Notes: a model not told the origin generated them from the sequence alone. A stretch of 64,000 nt of DNA from Alphaproteobacteria bacterium (GCA_964291265.2 OZ219747.1:704001-768000), one strand, 5' to 3'; shown: positions 20,036 to 32,787, counted from the stretch's first letter. Numbers and translations are program-made.

Positions 20036-20929
20036 TCATGATCTCGCTTGTGGTTCTTTGGTCCTGGCGTTGACGACGTCGTTCCAGTCGGCGTTTTCCG
20101 GCGGTCTGCGTCTGTGGAACGAGACGTGGGAGGGGAGCTTCATCTTTTTGCGCAGGGTTTCGGCCTGTCGCTCTCCGGCCTCGTCGTGGTCCTGGGCGAG
20201 GACGATGGTCCTGACGTTGGGCAGGCTGCTTGCGGCGAGGCTGATCTGTTCGTGCTGTCTTCGCGAGGGTGCCCCGGCGGTGGAGAGGAAGGCGTGGCTG
20301 GGGGGACATTGGTCGATCTGGGCCAGGCTGAGGGCGTCGACGGCGCTTTCGGTGATGACGAGGGCCTCGAGGTCCGCGGCGGTTCCGGCGCGGACGGCGA
20401 ACAGGCTTCGGGTTCCACCGGTGGCGAAGCGTTTCGGTCCGTCGGGGGGACCGATCTCGAAGCCGGTGAGCTTTCGCTTCCTGTTGCGATGGGCGAAGAG
20501 GACGCGTCCGTTGTGGTCGCGGCGGACCAGGGGGCGGCAGGTGTCGAGGGTCTCCGGGAGGATGCCGCGCCCGGTGAGCCAGTCCGGGGCCGCATCGGGC
20601 GTTGCCGCGGCCCAGAGGCTGCGGAAGTCGCGTGGCGCGGTGTCGGGTGCTGTGAAGCGGGTGCAGATGTCGGCGAAGGCCAGTCCGCGGTTGAGCATGA
20701 AGTCGATGACGGTTCCGTTGTCTTCATCGTTCTGGGTGTTGAAGTAGACCCAGTGTCCGTTGTTGAGGCACTTCGTGACGAGCTTCGGCAGGCCGGGTGC
20801 GCACAGGACGGGGTTGGCGCGTGTCGAGGCCTGTTCGTCGCGGACGTATCCCCAGTCGGCGGCGATGCGTTCGAACGGCATGCGCTTGACGGCGTCGAAG
20901 TCGACGCGGCGGGGTTTATCGGGTTTCAC
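20036..20929 (-). CDS. Toprim-domain (DUF3991-like, primase-related) protein
   Basis: DNGTVIDF, WLTGRGI, VITESAVDALS, LAQDHDEAGERQA, ADWND; GTG start inside the istB 3' end. Confidence 0.82.
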   Translation of the reverse strand: MKPDKPRRVDFDAVKRMPFERIAADWGYVRDEQASTRANPVLCAPGLPKLVTKCLNNGHWVYFNTQNDEDNGTVIDFMLNRGLAFADICTRFTAPDTAPRDFRSLWAAATPDAAPDWLTGRGILPETLDTCRPLVRRDHNGRVLFAHRNRKRKLTGFEIGPPDGPKRFATGGTRSLFAVRAGTAADLEALVITESAVDALSLAQIDQCPPSHAFLSTAGAPSRRQHEQISLAASSLPNVRTIVLAQDHDEAGERQAETLRKKMKLPSHVSFHRRRPPENADWNDVVNARTKEPQARS

Positions 20930-21617
20930 GCCTGAGCCGCCAGGAGTCGCTGTCGATGGAGATGAGGGTTGCGTCGTGCATGAGCCGGTCGACGGTGCCG
21001 GCGATGCCGGAGGCGCTGGGGAAGACGCGGTCCCACTGGGCGAAGGCGAGGCTTGTCGTGACCATGGTCGAGCGGCGCTGATAGCGCCGCGAGACGATGG
21101 CGTAGAGGATGTCGGCATGGTGGCTTTCGAGGGTCACGTAGCCGATTTCGTCGAGGATGAGCAGGCGGGGCCTGGCGAGGATCGCGAGGCGGCGGCGCAG
21201 CTCGCTGCGCGAGACGGTCTCGGCGAGTGCCTCGAGCAGTTCCGGCGCCTTCTCGAAGCGGACGGTGTGGCCGTGCAGCAGGGCCTGGTGCGCCACGTTG
21301 GCGGCGATCATGGTCTTTCCGGTGCCCTGCCCGCCGACGAGCACGGCGTTGTCCGCACGGTCGACGAAGCCGAGGCCGAGGAGCGCTTCGACATGAGCCC
21401 GGCTGATGTCGCGCGGCCATGTCCAGTCGAAGTCCGCCAGGGGCTTGAAGGCGGGCAGCCGCGCCGCGGCGCGGCGGCGCTCGTGGCTGCGGGCCCTGCG
21501 GGCCTGTTCCTCGCCGCTGACCACCTCCTCGATCCATGCGGTCCCGGCGACCTCGTCCCAGCGTTCGACGAGCCCGTGGAGGCCGAGCGCCCGGGCACGC
21601 TCCCTGAGCTCGCTCAT
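20916..21617 (-). CDS. istB: IS21-family helper ATPase
   Basis: Walker A GGQGTGKT, LLILDEIGY, RYQRRSTMVTTS, DRLMH, SWR. Confidence 0.93.
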   Translation of the reverse strand: MSELRERARALGLHGLVERWDEVAGTAWIEEVVSGEEQARRARSHERRRAAARLPAFKPLADFDWTWPRDISRAHVEALLGLGFVDRADNAVLVGGQGTGKTMIAANVAHQALLHGHTVRFEKAPELLEALAETVSRSELRRRLAILARPRLLILDEIGYVTLESHHADILYAIVSRRYQRRSTMVTTSLAFAQWDRVFPSASGIAGTVDRLMHDATLISIDSDSWRLRRETR

Positions 21618-23107
21618 GTCTTGTTCCTGGCGCTGGCTTCGGGCCTGTCGTAGGCGTCGAGAGCGGTCCCCCGCGGCGTCGTGCCACGGCCGCCGCGGCC
21701 GTCGTCGGCGATGCTGAGGGGCGGCAGGCCCTGCTCCCGGCGGCGCTCCTCGATGATGACGCGCACGGTTTCGGGGTGGCACGAGCCGCGCTCCAGCGCC
21801 GTGGCGACAGCCCGGTCGAGAGCGTCGGCGCCGTGCGCGTTGAGAAGCGTCTCCAGCATCCGGGCGCAGGAGGCCACGTTGCGCCCGTTGGTCCCGGCGC
21901 GCGCCAGCATCTCCTCGGCCCGCGGCACGGTGCGCAGGACCCGGTCGCGGACGCTCATGGAGCGGGCCCGCCGCTTGCCCGCGGCGATCGCCCTGGCATG
22001 CTCCGGATCGGTGACGGCCTGCTTCCTGTCGTAGGAGCGTCGGTGGCGCGCGACCTCGTCGGCGCCGTCGAGGATGCGGACCTCGTCGCGGTCGGCGACC
22101 AGCGTCAGCAGGGCCTTGGAGAAGCTACCCGGAACGCTGTAGTCGTTGGTGTCGAAGCGGGCGTGGCAGGTCTTGTCGATGCGCACCGGGCGGACCTCGT
22201 GATGCGGGAAGGGGTCGACGGGAAGGACGATCAGGTGCTCCCTCTCCCGGGCGAAGGCGTCCCGCACCAGGAGACTGTCGTCGTCCGGCCAGGGCCGCTC
22301 CGCGGCGGCGCCGAAGCACCACTCCCGAACTGCGGCGTTGAGCTCGCCGAGCGGGACCGTGATGTCGCGCCCGGCGAAGAACCCGGTGCGCGCGAAGCGC
22401 ACACGGCGTTCCACGCGGCCCTTCTCCTGCGGGCTCCTGGGCCAGGCGGCGCTCGGTTCGAAGGCATAGTGGGCCGCGAGGCCGAGCAGCATCGGATGAT
22501 AGGTGACCGCCTTGCCGCGGCGCGTCACCACGGCACTCTTCAGGTTGTCGTACAGAAGCCTCCGCGGCACACCCCCGAATGCCGCGAAAGCCTCGACATG
22601 GCCTTGCAGGAAGCTGGCCATCCGCGCGTCGTGGAACAGGCTCAGGACAGTCTGGCGCGAGTAGCTGAGGGTGACGAGAAGCCCCATGAGCCTGCGCTCC
22701 GCCCGGCCGATGCGGACCTTCCCGAACTCGGCCCAGTCAACCTGCGCCTGCTCGCCCGGAAGGAAGCTCAGCCGCAGCGACGGCTCGGGCCTCTTCACCG
22801 GCCTCAGCCCAAGGCGGCGCAGGTCGTGACGGAAGTGATCCTCGCCGCCGCGGTAGCCCAGAGCCACGACCTGTCGCCAGAGCGTGCTGGCCGGAAGGTC
22901 CGGCGACGCCTCAAGACGCTCCCCGAGGAAGGCAACGAAGGGGTCGATGAGCTTGGCCCGCGGCCGCCGCTCCTGCCCCGACGCCTTGAGCGCCCGCGTC
23001 ACCGTGCCGTGGTGCACGCCGAGATGCCGGGCAATCGTCCCCACAGCCCAGCCCTCGGCCCGCGACAGCCGCACGATCGTCGCCCGCGTGTCCTCGTCGA
23101 TCGCCAT
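21614..23107 (-). CDS. istA: IS21-family DDE transposase
   Basis: N-terminal HTH, PGEQAQVDW, LYDNLKSAV, PQEKGRVER, FDTNDYSVP. Confidence 0.95.
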   Translation of the reverse strand: MAIDEDTRATIVRLSRAEGWAVGTIARHLGVHHGTVTRALKASGQERRPRAKLIDPFVAFLGERLEASPDLPASTLWRQVVALGYRGGEDHFRHDLRRLGLRPVKRPEPSLRLSFLPGEQAQVDWAEFGKVRIGRAERRLMGLLVTLSYSRQTVLSLFHDARMASFLQGHVEAFAAFGGVPRRLLYDNLKSAVVTRRGKAVTYHPMLLGLAAHYAFEPSAAWPRSPQEKGRVERRVRFARTGFFAGRDITVPLGELNAAVREWCFGAAAERPWPDDDSLLVRDAFAREREHLIVLPVDPFPHHEVRPVRIDKTCHARFDTNDYSVPGSFSKALLTLVADRDEVRILDGADEVARHRRSYDRKQAVTDPEHARAIAAGKRRARSMSVRDRVLRTVPRAEEMLARAGTNGRNVASCARMLETLLNAHGADALDRAVATALERGSCHPETVRVIIEERRREQGLPPLSIADDGRGGRGTTPRGTALDAYDRPEASARNKT

Positions 23108-23139
23108 GAACTCCCTCCCTTTGGTTCCTCAACGCCGCA

Positions 23140-23670
23140 TCACGGGTCCCTCAGCACCACATGCGTCACGACCCGTCCGCATCTGGCGCACCGAAGCGGC
23201 GATTCGCGCCGCTCTTGCGCCTTCACAACCGCAGGTAGGGAGGTCGGCAGCAGTCGGGAAGGGTGGTCCGTAACGATTTCTTCAGAACCGGCGTCTCCAG
23301 ACACCGCCGGAACGTCGCCAAGCAGCACCACAGCAGACGTCTGCGTGCCCATGATCTCGGCAACCATCGCCGCCCTGGCCTTCAACGCACGCGCCTCCTC
23401 CGCCTTGCGGAGCCGGTAACGCCGCTGGCGGTGACGGCCCGTCTCACGGCCCTTCAGCGTGCTCTGGTAGCGACGACGCGACGCGCGGCGCCGCTCGATC
23501 CGGGACCGCTCCCTGCACTCCTTGGAGCAATACACATGTCCCCGGTCACACGACCGGCAGAGAACAACCTGCCGCTGACACCGCCTGCAGTTGAACAGTC
23601 GTCCTGTCGTGCACACCGTCCGTCTCGAGAGCGGGGGTGGACCCGGACGCAAAATGGCTCGACAATACAC
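23140..23670 (-). CDS. Cys/Arg-rich putative Zn-binding protein upstream of istA (start uncertain)
   Basis: CRRC..CRSCDRGHVYCSKEC, basic helix, C-terminal CARCG. Confidence 0.65.
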   Translation of the reverse strand: MYCRAILRPGPPPLSRRTVCTTGRLFNCRRCQRQVVLCRSCDRGHVYCSKECRERSRIERRRASRRRYQSTLKGRETGRHRQRRYRLRKAEEARALKARAAMVAEIMGTQTSAVVLLGDVPAVSGDAGSEEIVTDHPSRLLPTSLPAVVKAQERRESPLRCARCGRVVTHVVLRDP

Positions 23671-23934
23671 GGGAGTTCGGTCCCCCGTGACCGGCTCGTC
23701 CGGGTGCTGCGCCGGGGGGCGTCACAACTCCGCCCGGCATCGCATCGCTCTTTCTCTTGATGCCGATCTAGCATCCACCCGGGGCGGCGGCAAAGACGCC
23801 GCCCCGGGACCGGACAACGCGACCCGCCCACAGGGAAGACAAACAATCCCGCGAGTGCCTCGGAACCGGAACCCTCCCGGCAACCGTCACCAAGACCGAA
23901 GCAGAGGTCGACGGAACCCGAACCGGACCAAAAC

Positions 23935-24026
23935 GACAATAGGAAAAGACGGCGGCGCTCGGGGAGACAACCAGCCGAACACTCAAACCACGACAACAGG
24001 ACGTGACAATAGGACCTGACAACAGG
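23935..24026. repeat. GACAAYAGG direct repeats (4 copies, three at 13-bp period)
   Basis: Copies start at 23935, 23992, 24005 and 24018. Confidence 0.75.
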
Positions 24027-24150
24027 GAAGAAACACGACCCTGACAAAGCGCGGCAAATCGCCGAAATCCCGCCGTTCTATGCAGCCATCAACAGGTTTC
24101 TCAGCGCCTGCGCCATTCGACGCAAGGGGCGAGCATGCACATCGTGGATG

Positions 24151-25032
24151 TCAGGACGCCTCCTCGGCTTGCCGGTTGTCGGCACGCATGACGCCTCGTT
24201 CGAGACGGGCAATGATGTCGTCGAGCTGTTGAAGTGTCCGGTAGGTCAGTGTCAGCCTTCCCCTTGCGCCCTTCGGGCTGATCGCGACCTTCAGGCCCGT
24301 TGCCTCGCCAAGCCGTCTTTCGAGTGCCCGAATGTCGGGATCGACGGGTCTTGTCCGACTGCTGCGATCCGTGCCTTGATCCTGGCTGCGCACCAGGGCC
24401 TCGGTCTGGCGCACCGACAGGCGTTCCTTCAGGATTCGCGCGGCAAGCGCCTCCGGCTGACGGGCTCCCAGCAGGGCACGGCCGTGGCCGGCGCTGAGCT
24501 GTCCCTCGTTGACCATCTTGCGCAGCGGCTCGGGAAGCTGGAGGAGGCGCAGCGTGTTGGCAACATGAACCCTGCCCTTGCCGACAAGCGCTGCAATGTC
24601 CTCCTGGGTGAGGGCGAATTCCTCGTTGAGACGGCGGTAGCCTGCCGCCTCCTCCACGGGACCGAGATCCTCGCGCTGCAGGTTTTCAACCAATCCGTGC
24701 TCCAGGGCCTCGCGGTCGCTCATCTCCTTGACGACAACCGGAACGTCGTGGAGTTTCGCCCGCTGCGCCGCCCGCCAGCGTCTCTCGCCGGCGACAATCT
24801 CCATCATGCCGTCGGCAGCGGGCCTGACGATGATAGGCTGCATCATGCCGCTGTTGGCGAGAGAGCGGGCCAGGTTGTCGATGTCCTGATCGTCGAACCG
24901 GGTGCGCGGCTGAAAGCGCCCGGGCCTCAGTTCGGCGATGGAAACGGTGCGCATGCCCGAAGCGGCGGCCGTCCTTGCCGGCGTTCCGATGAGCGCGTCG
25001 AGACCACGCCCGAGAGGTCTTGATCTTGTCAC
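24151..25032 (-). CDS. parB: Chromosome partitioning protein ParB
   Basis: LGRGLDALI, FQPR, IVAGERRWRA, VENLQREDL, HTH. Confidence 0.96.
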   Translation of the reverse strand: MTRSRPLGRGLDALIGTPARTAAASGMRTVSIAELRPGRFQPRTRFDDQDIDNLARSLANSGMMQPIIVRPAADGMMEIVAGERRWRAAQRAKLHDVPVVVKEMSDREALEHGLVENLQREDLGPVEEAAGYRRLNEEFALTQEDIAALVGKGRVHVANTLRLLQLPEPLRKMVNEGQLSAGHGRALLGARQPEALAARILKERLSVRQTEALVRSQDQGTDRSSRTRPVDPDIRALERRLGEATGLKVAISPKGARGRLTLTYRTLQQLDDIIARLERGVMRADNRQAEEAS

Positions 25033-25832
25033 GCGACCCTCCTTGCATGGGTGGCATGGCGGCGCAGGAATTCGCGTGCCAGGCGCACGTAGGCGTGCGC
25101 TCCCGCGCAATCAACATCGTACAGAATCACGGGCATACCGTGTGATGGCGCCTCACTGACCCTGATGTTGCGCGGAATGAGCGTGCTGTAGACGACATCC
25201 CCCATGACGCGTCGCACATCCCGTTCCACCTCGCGGGACAGGCGATTCCGGCGATCGAACATCGTGAGCACGATTCCGCCTATGTGGAGCCCCGGATTGT
25301 GGGTGCCCGAAACCCTCTCGATGGTGCCGAGCAGGAGCGAGAGTCCCTCCAGGGCAAAGAACTCGCATTGCATGGGCACCAGGACCTCGTCGGCGGCCAC
25401 CAGGACGTTGATCGTCATCAGGTTGAGCGATGGCGGACAGTCGACCAGCACGAATTCATGCCCGACAGCCGCCTCCGACAGCGCCCTTGCGAGAACATTC
25501 TGGCGGTCGGGAACATCAACCAGTTCGACCTCTGCACCGGAAAGATCGGCGGTTGCCGGAATGATGGCAAGGCCCGGTATCATGGTCGGCACCGGCGTCA
25601 CGCACTCTCCTTTCAGGAGGTCGTATGTCGTTGCGGTTCTGGCCGGCTGCTCGACACCCAGACCCGTGCTGGCATTTCCCTGGGCATCGGCATCGACGAC
25701 GAGAACCTTGTGTCCTGTGGCCGCGAAGGCGGTCGCAAGGTTGATGACGGTGGTCGTCTTGCCCACCCCACCCTTCTGGTTGGCCACGGCCACCACAAGG
25801 GGCCGTGCAAGGCGATCACGGTCAGGAATCAT
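25029..25832 (-). CDS. parA: Chromosome partitioning ATPase ParA
   Basis: NQKGGVGKTT, DCPPSL, QCEFFALEG, IPRNIRVSEAPSHG. Confidence 0.96.
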   Translation of the reverse strand: MIPDRDRLARPLVVAVANQKGGVGKTTTVINLATAFAATGHKVLVVDADAQGNASTGLGVEQPARTATTYDLLKGECVTPVPTMIPGLAIIPATADLSGAEVELVDVPDRQNVLARALSEAAVGHEFVLVDCPPSLNLMTINVLVAADEVLVPMQCEFFALEGLSLLLGTIERVSGTHNPGLHIGGIVLTMFDRRNRLSREVERDVRRVMGDVVYSTLIPRNIRVSEAPSHGMPVILYDVDCAGAHAYVRLAREFLRRHATHARRVA

Positions 25833-26430
25833 GGTGTATTCTGTTGATGACCAGAACGCTGGATCGCGCATCCGAAAGGCTGGGGTGGCGCGAGAACCAC
25901 ATGTGCCAGTGACGGGCGGCAGACTTCAGTTCGTCATCCACGGACCTTCCCTTGGGGAATATGGCAACGGAGCCCTCACCCAGAAAGGGGGCCGTGATGG
26001 GCAGGAGAACATCGAGGGAAGCCAGGGCGCGGGCCGTCACGACATCAGCCTGTCCGCTTGGAAGATCCTCGATGCGCATGCCGTGAATGACGACATCGAC
26101 ATCACAGGCATTGGCTGCCGCATGAAGGAAGGCCACCTTGCGCTCATCCCGCTCCACGAGCTCGACGCCGACAACCCCCATGATGGCAAGAATCAGGCCG
26201 GGCAGACCGGCGCCAGAACCGAGATCGACGAGGCGGCGGCACGTTGGCGGAACGTAGCGGGCGATCTGTCCGCAATCGAGTACGTGCCGCGACCAGATAT
26301 CATCGACCGTACCCGGACCGACGAGCTTGAGGCGCGGTTGCCATTGCCTGAGAACGGCAACATGGGCGGCGAGGCGCTCGGATGTCTCCGGCGAGGCGCC
26401 AAGCAGCCGGCACACCTCATCGCGGGTCAT
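25822..26430 (-). CDS. rsmG: 16S rRNA m7G527 methyltransferase
   Basis: [24 protein letters not shown]; between mnmG and parA. Confidence 0.93.
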   Translation of the reverse strand: MTRDEVCRLLGASPETSERLAAHVAVLRQWQPRLKLVGPGTVDDIWSRHVLDCGQIARYVPPTCRRLVDLGSGAGLPGLILAIMGVVGVELVERDERKVAFLHAAANACDVDVVIHGMRIEDLPSGQADVVTARALASLDVLLPITAPFLGEGSVAIFPKGRSVDDELKSAARHWHMWFSRHPSLSDARSSVLVINRIHHDS

Positions 26431-28289
26431 GCCGCATGCCGCCTGACGTGGCAAAGCAGGGCCTGCAGGGCGGCGGGCGTCACTCCGGGAAGCCGTGCCG
26501 CCTGTCCAAGTGTGGCCGGACGGGTGGCTGACATCGTCTCGCGCATTTCCGCGGACAGTCCGCCTATCCGGTCGTAATCGAGACCGGCAGGAAGCGTGAG
26601 GGCCTCGTCACGCCGGAAGGCGGCGATGTCCGCTTCCATGCGACCCAGGTAACCCCGGTAGCGGCCGGCGATTCTCACCTGGTCCATGGCATGATCCGGC
26701 CAGAGCGCTATCTCCGGCCACAGGGCCAGCAGCCGCTGATCGTCCGCGGCGACCGACGCCGCGAGGTCGAACAGGTTTCGCCGACGGCCATCCCGATTGA
26801 CATCGAACCCTGCAGCGCGCGCTTCATCCGGGCTGACCTGCAGTTCGGACGCCCGCGTCATGGCCGTCCCGACCTCGCAGCGACGGCGCGAGAAGGCGCG
26901 CCATCGGGCCTCGCCGACACACCCGGCCTCCCGGCCCTTCGCCGTGAGGCGCAGATCGGCATTGTCGGCCCTCAGGACGAGACGGTATTCGGCCCGGCTC
27001 GTGAACATCCGGTAGGGCTCGGTGGTCCCCCTTGTGACAAGATCATCGATCATGACGCCGAGATAGGCCTCTGCCCGGTCGAACCGGACGCCAGGGAGAC
27101 CTCCGGCGAAGCGCGCCGCATTGATTCCGGCGACTAGTCCCTGGCCCGCCGCCTCCTCGTATCCCGTGGTGCCATTGATCTGGCCCGCCAGGAACAGACC
27201 CGGCATCCGCGGCGCCTGCAGCGTGTGATCGAGCTGACGCGGGTCGACATAGTCGTACTCGATGGCATAGCCGTGACGCAGGATGCGCGCTCCGGCAAGG
27301 CCTGGAATCGTGGCGACGAAGGCCTCCTGGACACGGCGCGGCAACGATGTGGAAATGCCGTTCGGGTAGACCGTCGTGGTCCGAAGTCCCTCGGGCTCGA
27401 GAAAGATCCGATGACTTTCCCGATCGCCAAACCGCACCACCTTGTCCTCGATCGACGGACAATAGCGGGGACCGGTACCGTCGATGCGGCCGGAATAGAC
27501 AGGTGCACGGTCAAGGTTGGCGCGAATGACGTCGTGCGTCGCCTTCGTGGTCGCCGTCACATGACAGGGAACCTGCTGCACGACGATGGCGTCGGTCAGC
27601 CACGAGAAGGGCTGCGGAGGATCGTCTCCGGGCTGGACCTCCAGGGCAGCATGGTCGATGGTCATTGCGTCGACCCGCGGCGGCGTCCCCGTCTTCAACC
27701 GCCCGAGGGAAAAACGGTGTCGTTCGAGCGTCGCGGCCAGCGCCACGGTGGCATCCTCTTCGATCCGCCCCGCCGGCCAGCACTCGTCACCGATGTGAAT
27801 CATCCCGCGCAGGAAGGTTCCGGTGGTGAGAATTACGGCACGACCTCGACAGACCCTGCCGTCGGCGAGCCTGACGCCAGCGATCTCTCCGGCCTGGTTC
27901 ACGACCAGGTCCGATGCTTCGCCTTCGAGAACATCAAGCCCTTGTTGTTCCTCGAGACATTCCCTGACTGCACGGGCATAGAGCAACCGGTCAGCCTGGG
28001 CTCTGGGACCCCGGACAGCCGGCCCCTTGCTGGCATTGAGAAGTCGAAACTGGATGCCCGAGCGATCGATGGCCAGTCCCATGATTCCGTCCAGGGCATC
28101 AATCTCGCGCACCAGGTGCCCCTTGCCGAGGCCGCCGATGGCGGGATTGCACGACATGGCGCCAATGGTCTCAAGGCGCAGGGTCACGAGAAGCGTCGCG
28201 GCGCCACACCGCGCCGCCGCCGCCGCCGCCTCGGTGCCGGCATGTCCGCCACCGATGACGATGACATCATGAGAGAAGGCCTGCGTCAT
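26427..28289 (-). CDS. mnmG: tRNA uridine-5-carboxymethylaminomethyl synthesis enzyme MnmG (GidA)
   Basis: [47 protein letters not shown]. Confidence 0.97.
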   Translation of the reverse strand: MTQAFSHDVIVIGGGHAGTEAAAAAARCGAATLLVTLRLETIGAMSCNPAIGGLGKGHLVREIDALDGIMGLAIDRSGIQFRLLNASKGPAVRGPRAQADRLLYARAVRECLEEQQGLDVLEGEASDLVVNQAGEIAGVRLADGRVCRGRAVILTTGTFLRGMIHIGDECWPAGRIEEDATVALAATLERHRFSLGRLKTGTPPRVDAMTIDHAALEVQPGDDPPQPFSWLTDAIVVQQVPCHVTATTKATHDVIRANLDRAPVYSGRIDGTGPRYCPSIEDKVVRFGDRESHRIFLEPEGLRTTTVYPNGISTSLPRRVQEAFVATIPGLAGARILRHGYAIEYDYVDPRQLDHTLQAPRMPGLFLAGQINGTTGYEEAAGQGLVAGINAARFAGGLPGVRFDRAEAYLGVMIDDLVTRGTTEPYRMFTSRAEYRLVLRADNADLRLTAKGREAGCVGEARWRAFSRRRCEVGTAMTRASELQVSPDEARAAGFDVNRDGRRRNLFDLAASVAADDQRLLALWPEIALWPDHAMDQVRIAGRYRGYLGRMEADIAAFRRDEALTLPAGLDYDRIGGLSAEMRETMSATRPATLGQAARLPGVTPAALQALLCHVRRHAA

Positions 28290-28330
28290 GTCCGGGATGT
28301 TAGGGACGGCACACCGGCGGGTCAAAGCGT

Positions 28331-28346
28331 TGTTTCACGTGAAACA
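28331..28346. promoter_or_regulatory. parS site
   Basis: Perfect palindrome TGTTTCACGTGAAACA. Confidence 0.95.
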
Positions 28347-28347
28347 C

Positions 28348-29655
28348 TTACTTTCCGATGCAGAACTCCGAGAAGATCACGTCGAGAAGATCCTCCACAT
28401 CCACTCTCCCGGTGAGCCGTCCCAGCGCCGTGGCCGCCAGGCGCAGGTCCTCGGCCGCCAGCGTGACATCGCCTGCTTGCGGCCCCCTGCAACGCGCCAG
28501 CGCGTCGGCGACCTGGAGAAGTGCAGCCCTGTGCCGGTTCCGCGATGGAGACAGGCCCGCTCCCTGCCAGGCCAGCCGGAAGTGCTGCGCCATGGCATCG
28601 ATGAGACGATCAATCCCCTCCCCGGTCTTCGCGGACAGGCCCAGGACGTCCGGTGGAGGAAGGGCCAGGTCGGACTTTCCGGCCACGACAAGCGCATGTT
28701 CGCCACAATGGGATTCGATGCGGCGCCATGTCTCATCCCATCGGCTGGCATCGGCCACAAGCAGCGTCAGATCGGCCGCCTCCGCTCTCATCAATGCCCG
28801 CCGAATCCCCTCGCCTTCGACGCCTTGCGAAACCTCTCGCAACCCGGCGGTGTCGACAAGGCAGACGGCAAAACCGGCAATGTCCATGGTGACTTCGATG
28901 GTATCGCGTGTCGTCCCCTCCTCCGCCGAGACAATGGCGGCTTCATGTCCGGCAAGGGCATTGAGAAGACTCGACTTGCCGACATTGGGCGCCCCGAGAA
29001 TGACGACGCCGAGACCCTCACGCAGCCGTTCGCCTCGGCATCCGTCATCAAGATGGGCACGCACCTCCTCTTCGAGGGTCGTCACCGCCGCCACGTTGTC
29101 TTCGAGGATTCCCTCAGGCAACTCCTCGTCGGGAAAATCGATCACGGCCTCGAGGCGCGCCATGGCGTCGACAAGGCGCCGCCGCCACCCGTCGTAGAGA
29201 GCCGAATGCAGTCCCTGGAGCTGGCCGAGGGCCTGGTGGCGCTGGCGTGAGGTGTCCGCGGAAACGAGATCCGCCACCGCTTCCGCCTCCACAAGGTCCA
29301 GCCTGCCGTTCAGCACGGCCCGCCTGGTGAATTCCCCCGGTTCCGCGGGACGCACGCCGGGTACGGACGCAAGAGCATCGAGAACACCGTGCACCACCGC
29401 GCGTCCGCCGTGGACGTGGAATTCCGCCACATCCTCTCCCGTGACCGAGGCAGGTCCCGGAAACCACAGGACAAGGGCCTGGTCGAGCAGGTCTCCCGTC
29501 CGGCCATGCTGAAGGCGGCGCCGGACAGCCTGCCGGGCGATCGGCAGGTCTCTGCCGGTGAGCTGCCTCACGGTTTCTCCGGCAGCCGGGCCCGAGACCC
29601 GGATCACGGCGATGGCGGCCCGCCCGGGTGCCGTAGCCAGCGCGCAGATGGTCAT
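28348..29655 (-). CDS. mnmE: tRNA modification GTPase MnmE (TrmE)
   Basis: GAPNVGKSS, GTTRD, DTAGLR, C-terminal FCIGK. Confidence 0.97.
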   Translation of the reverse strand: MTICALATAPGRAAIAVIRVSGPAAGETVRQLTGRDLPIARQAVRRRLQHGRTGDLLDQALVLWFPGPASVTGEDVAEFHVHGGRAVVHGVLDALASVPGVRPAEPGEFTRRAVLNGRLDLVEAEAVADLVSADTSRQRHQALGQLQGLHSALYDGWRRRLVDAMARLEAVIDFPDEELPEGILEDNVAAVTTLEEEVRAHLDDGCRGERLREGLGVVILGAPNVGKSSLLNALAGHEAAIVSAEEGTTRDTIEVTMDIAGFAVCLVDTAGLREVSQGVEGEGIRRALMRAEAADLTLLVADASRWDETWRRIESHCGEHALVVAGKSDLALPPPDVLGLSAKTGEGIDRLIDAMAQHFRLAWQGAGLSPSRNRHRAALLQVADALARCRGPQAGDVTLAAEDLRLAATALGRLTGRVDVEDLLDVIFSEFCIGK

Positions 29656-30418
29656 CGTTTGGGACCTGTATCGTTGCCTGAAAGGCTCATGCCGCCAGTC
29701 TCCGATCCATTTCACGGATCATCGGAGCGCCTGGCGGCAACGCCCCCTCCCCGTGCCGATGCGCCGGAGTTCCGGACGCCTGATGTTGCGGGCCGCGTTC
29801 AGGTCCGCATGGCCATGAGGCCAGGCACGTGAATGTCGCCTGTGACGGACGCGAGGCGGCGTCAGCCGTTGCGCACGCCGCATACGTCTGGCCGACATGC
29901 GCCGCGTTCACCGCCACGAGTCGCGGAGCCTTGCAACCGGGCATCGTCCGCAGGCCGCTCCGGCCGGTAGCGAGGATGGCACAATCGAGGCCCGCCTGCA
30001 GCCGCACGCCGGATTCCGGTGCCGCGGCGATTCCCTTCGCACTCCGGGTCACGCATTGCGTGTCGAGGTCTTCCGCCACGACCGTTCCACCCGCCAGCTT
30101 CCACGAGACGTGCTGCTGCCCGGTGCGACGCTTCCTGACCATCTCTGCGCACCGTCCGGGCATGACGGCAGCGGGGGCCTTCACGCTGCCTGCCGCCCTT
30201 CGAGACGGTCCGTGGCCGACGCATGAAGGACCTCGCCGTCGCCGCTGGCCACCTGGCCCACGTTCATGCCGATGCCGGTCACCGCGCCGTCGTCAGGGCG
30301 CTCGACAGCCGCCACCCTGGCAGCAGACGGATCGCATGCCACGTGCCGCCGGTTCGCCTGATGACGGCGCGGACCTGTTCTTCGCCGGGGCAAGGACTCC
30401 CTCTGCGTCGCAGCGTCA

Positions 30419-30434
30419 TGTTTCACGTGAAACA
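30419..30434. promoter_or_regulatory. parS site
   Basis: Perfect palindrome TGTTTCACGTGAAACA. Confidence 0.95.
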
Positions 30435-30440
30435 AGGACG

Positions 30441-30680
30441 TCAGTCGCGCTTGGCCGGGTTCAGCATGTGACGCCACATCTCCATCATCTGGTTCATGCC
30501 GTCACCCGATGCCCCGGTCCATTCCTTCAGCATCGCTTCGGGATCAAACCGTGACAAGGCTTCGTCCATGCGCTCCTTCAGGCCGGCCATGACCTCGTCC
30601 TGCAGTGGTCGGATGTCGGGCATGCCCAGAAAGGCACGGGCTTCTTCCGGTGTACAGTCGATCTTGATCGTCACTTTCAT
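30441..30680 (-). CDS. DUF6489-like small protein
   Basis: MKVTIKIDCTPEEARAFLGMPD N-terminus. Confidence 0.8.
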   Translation of the reverse strand: MKVTIKIDCTPEEARAFLGMPDIRPLQDEVMAGLKERMDEALSRFDPEAMLKEWTGASGDGMNQMMEMWRHMLNPAKRD

Positions 30681-30747
30681 GGCGGATTCCGGTTGAGAAT
30701 GTCGAACACAACCGTCAGGGTAGGGTTCCCGAACCGGCGAATGCAAC

Positions 30748-32787
<2,040 letters not shown>

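Larger units (their letters stand above)
18775..24094 (-). mobile_element. IS21-family transposon with passenger genes (5320 bp)
   Basis: Ends TGTCGGCGGCGATTTAGAACGGCGGGAT and TGTTGATGGCTGCATAGAACGGCGGGAT (reverse complement); 6-bp TSD GGTTTC at 18769-18774 and 24095-24100. Confidence 0.92.

Noticed and set aside
29700-30410. Possible oriC or gene upstream of mnmE
   Set aside because: GC-rich, no DnaA-box cluster or AT-rich unwinding element seen; ORFs lack motifs
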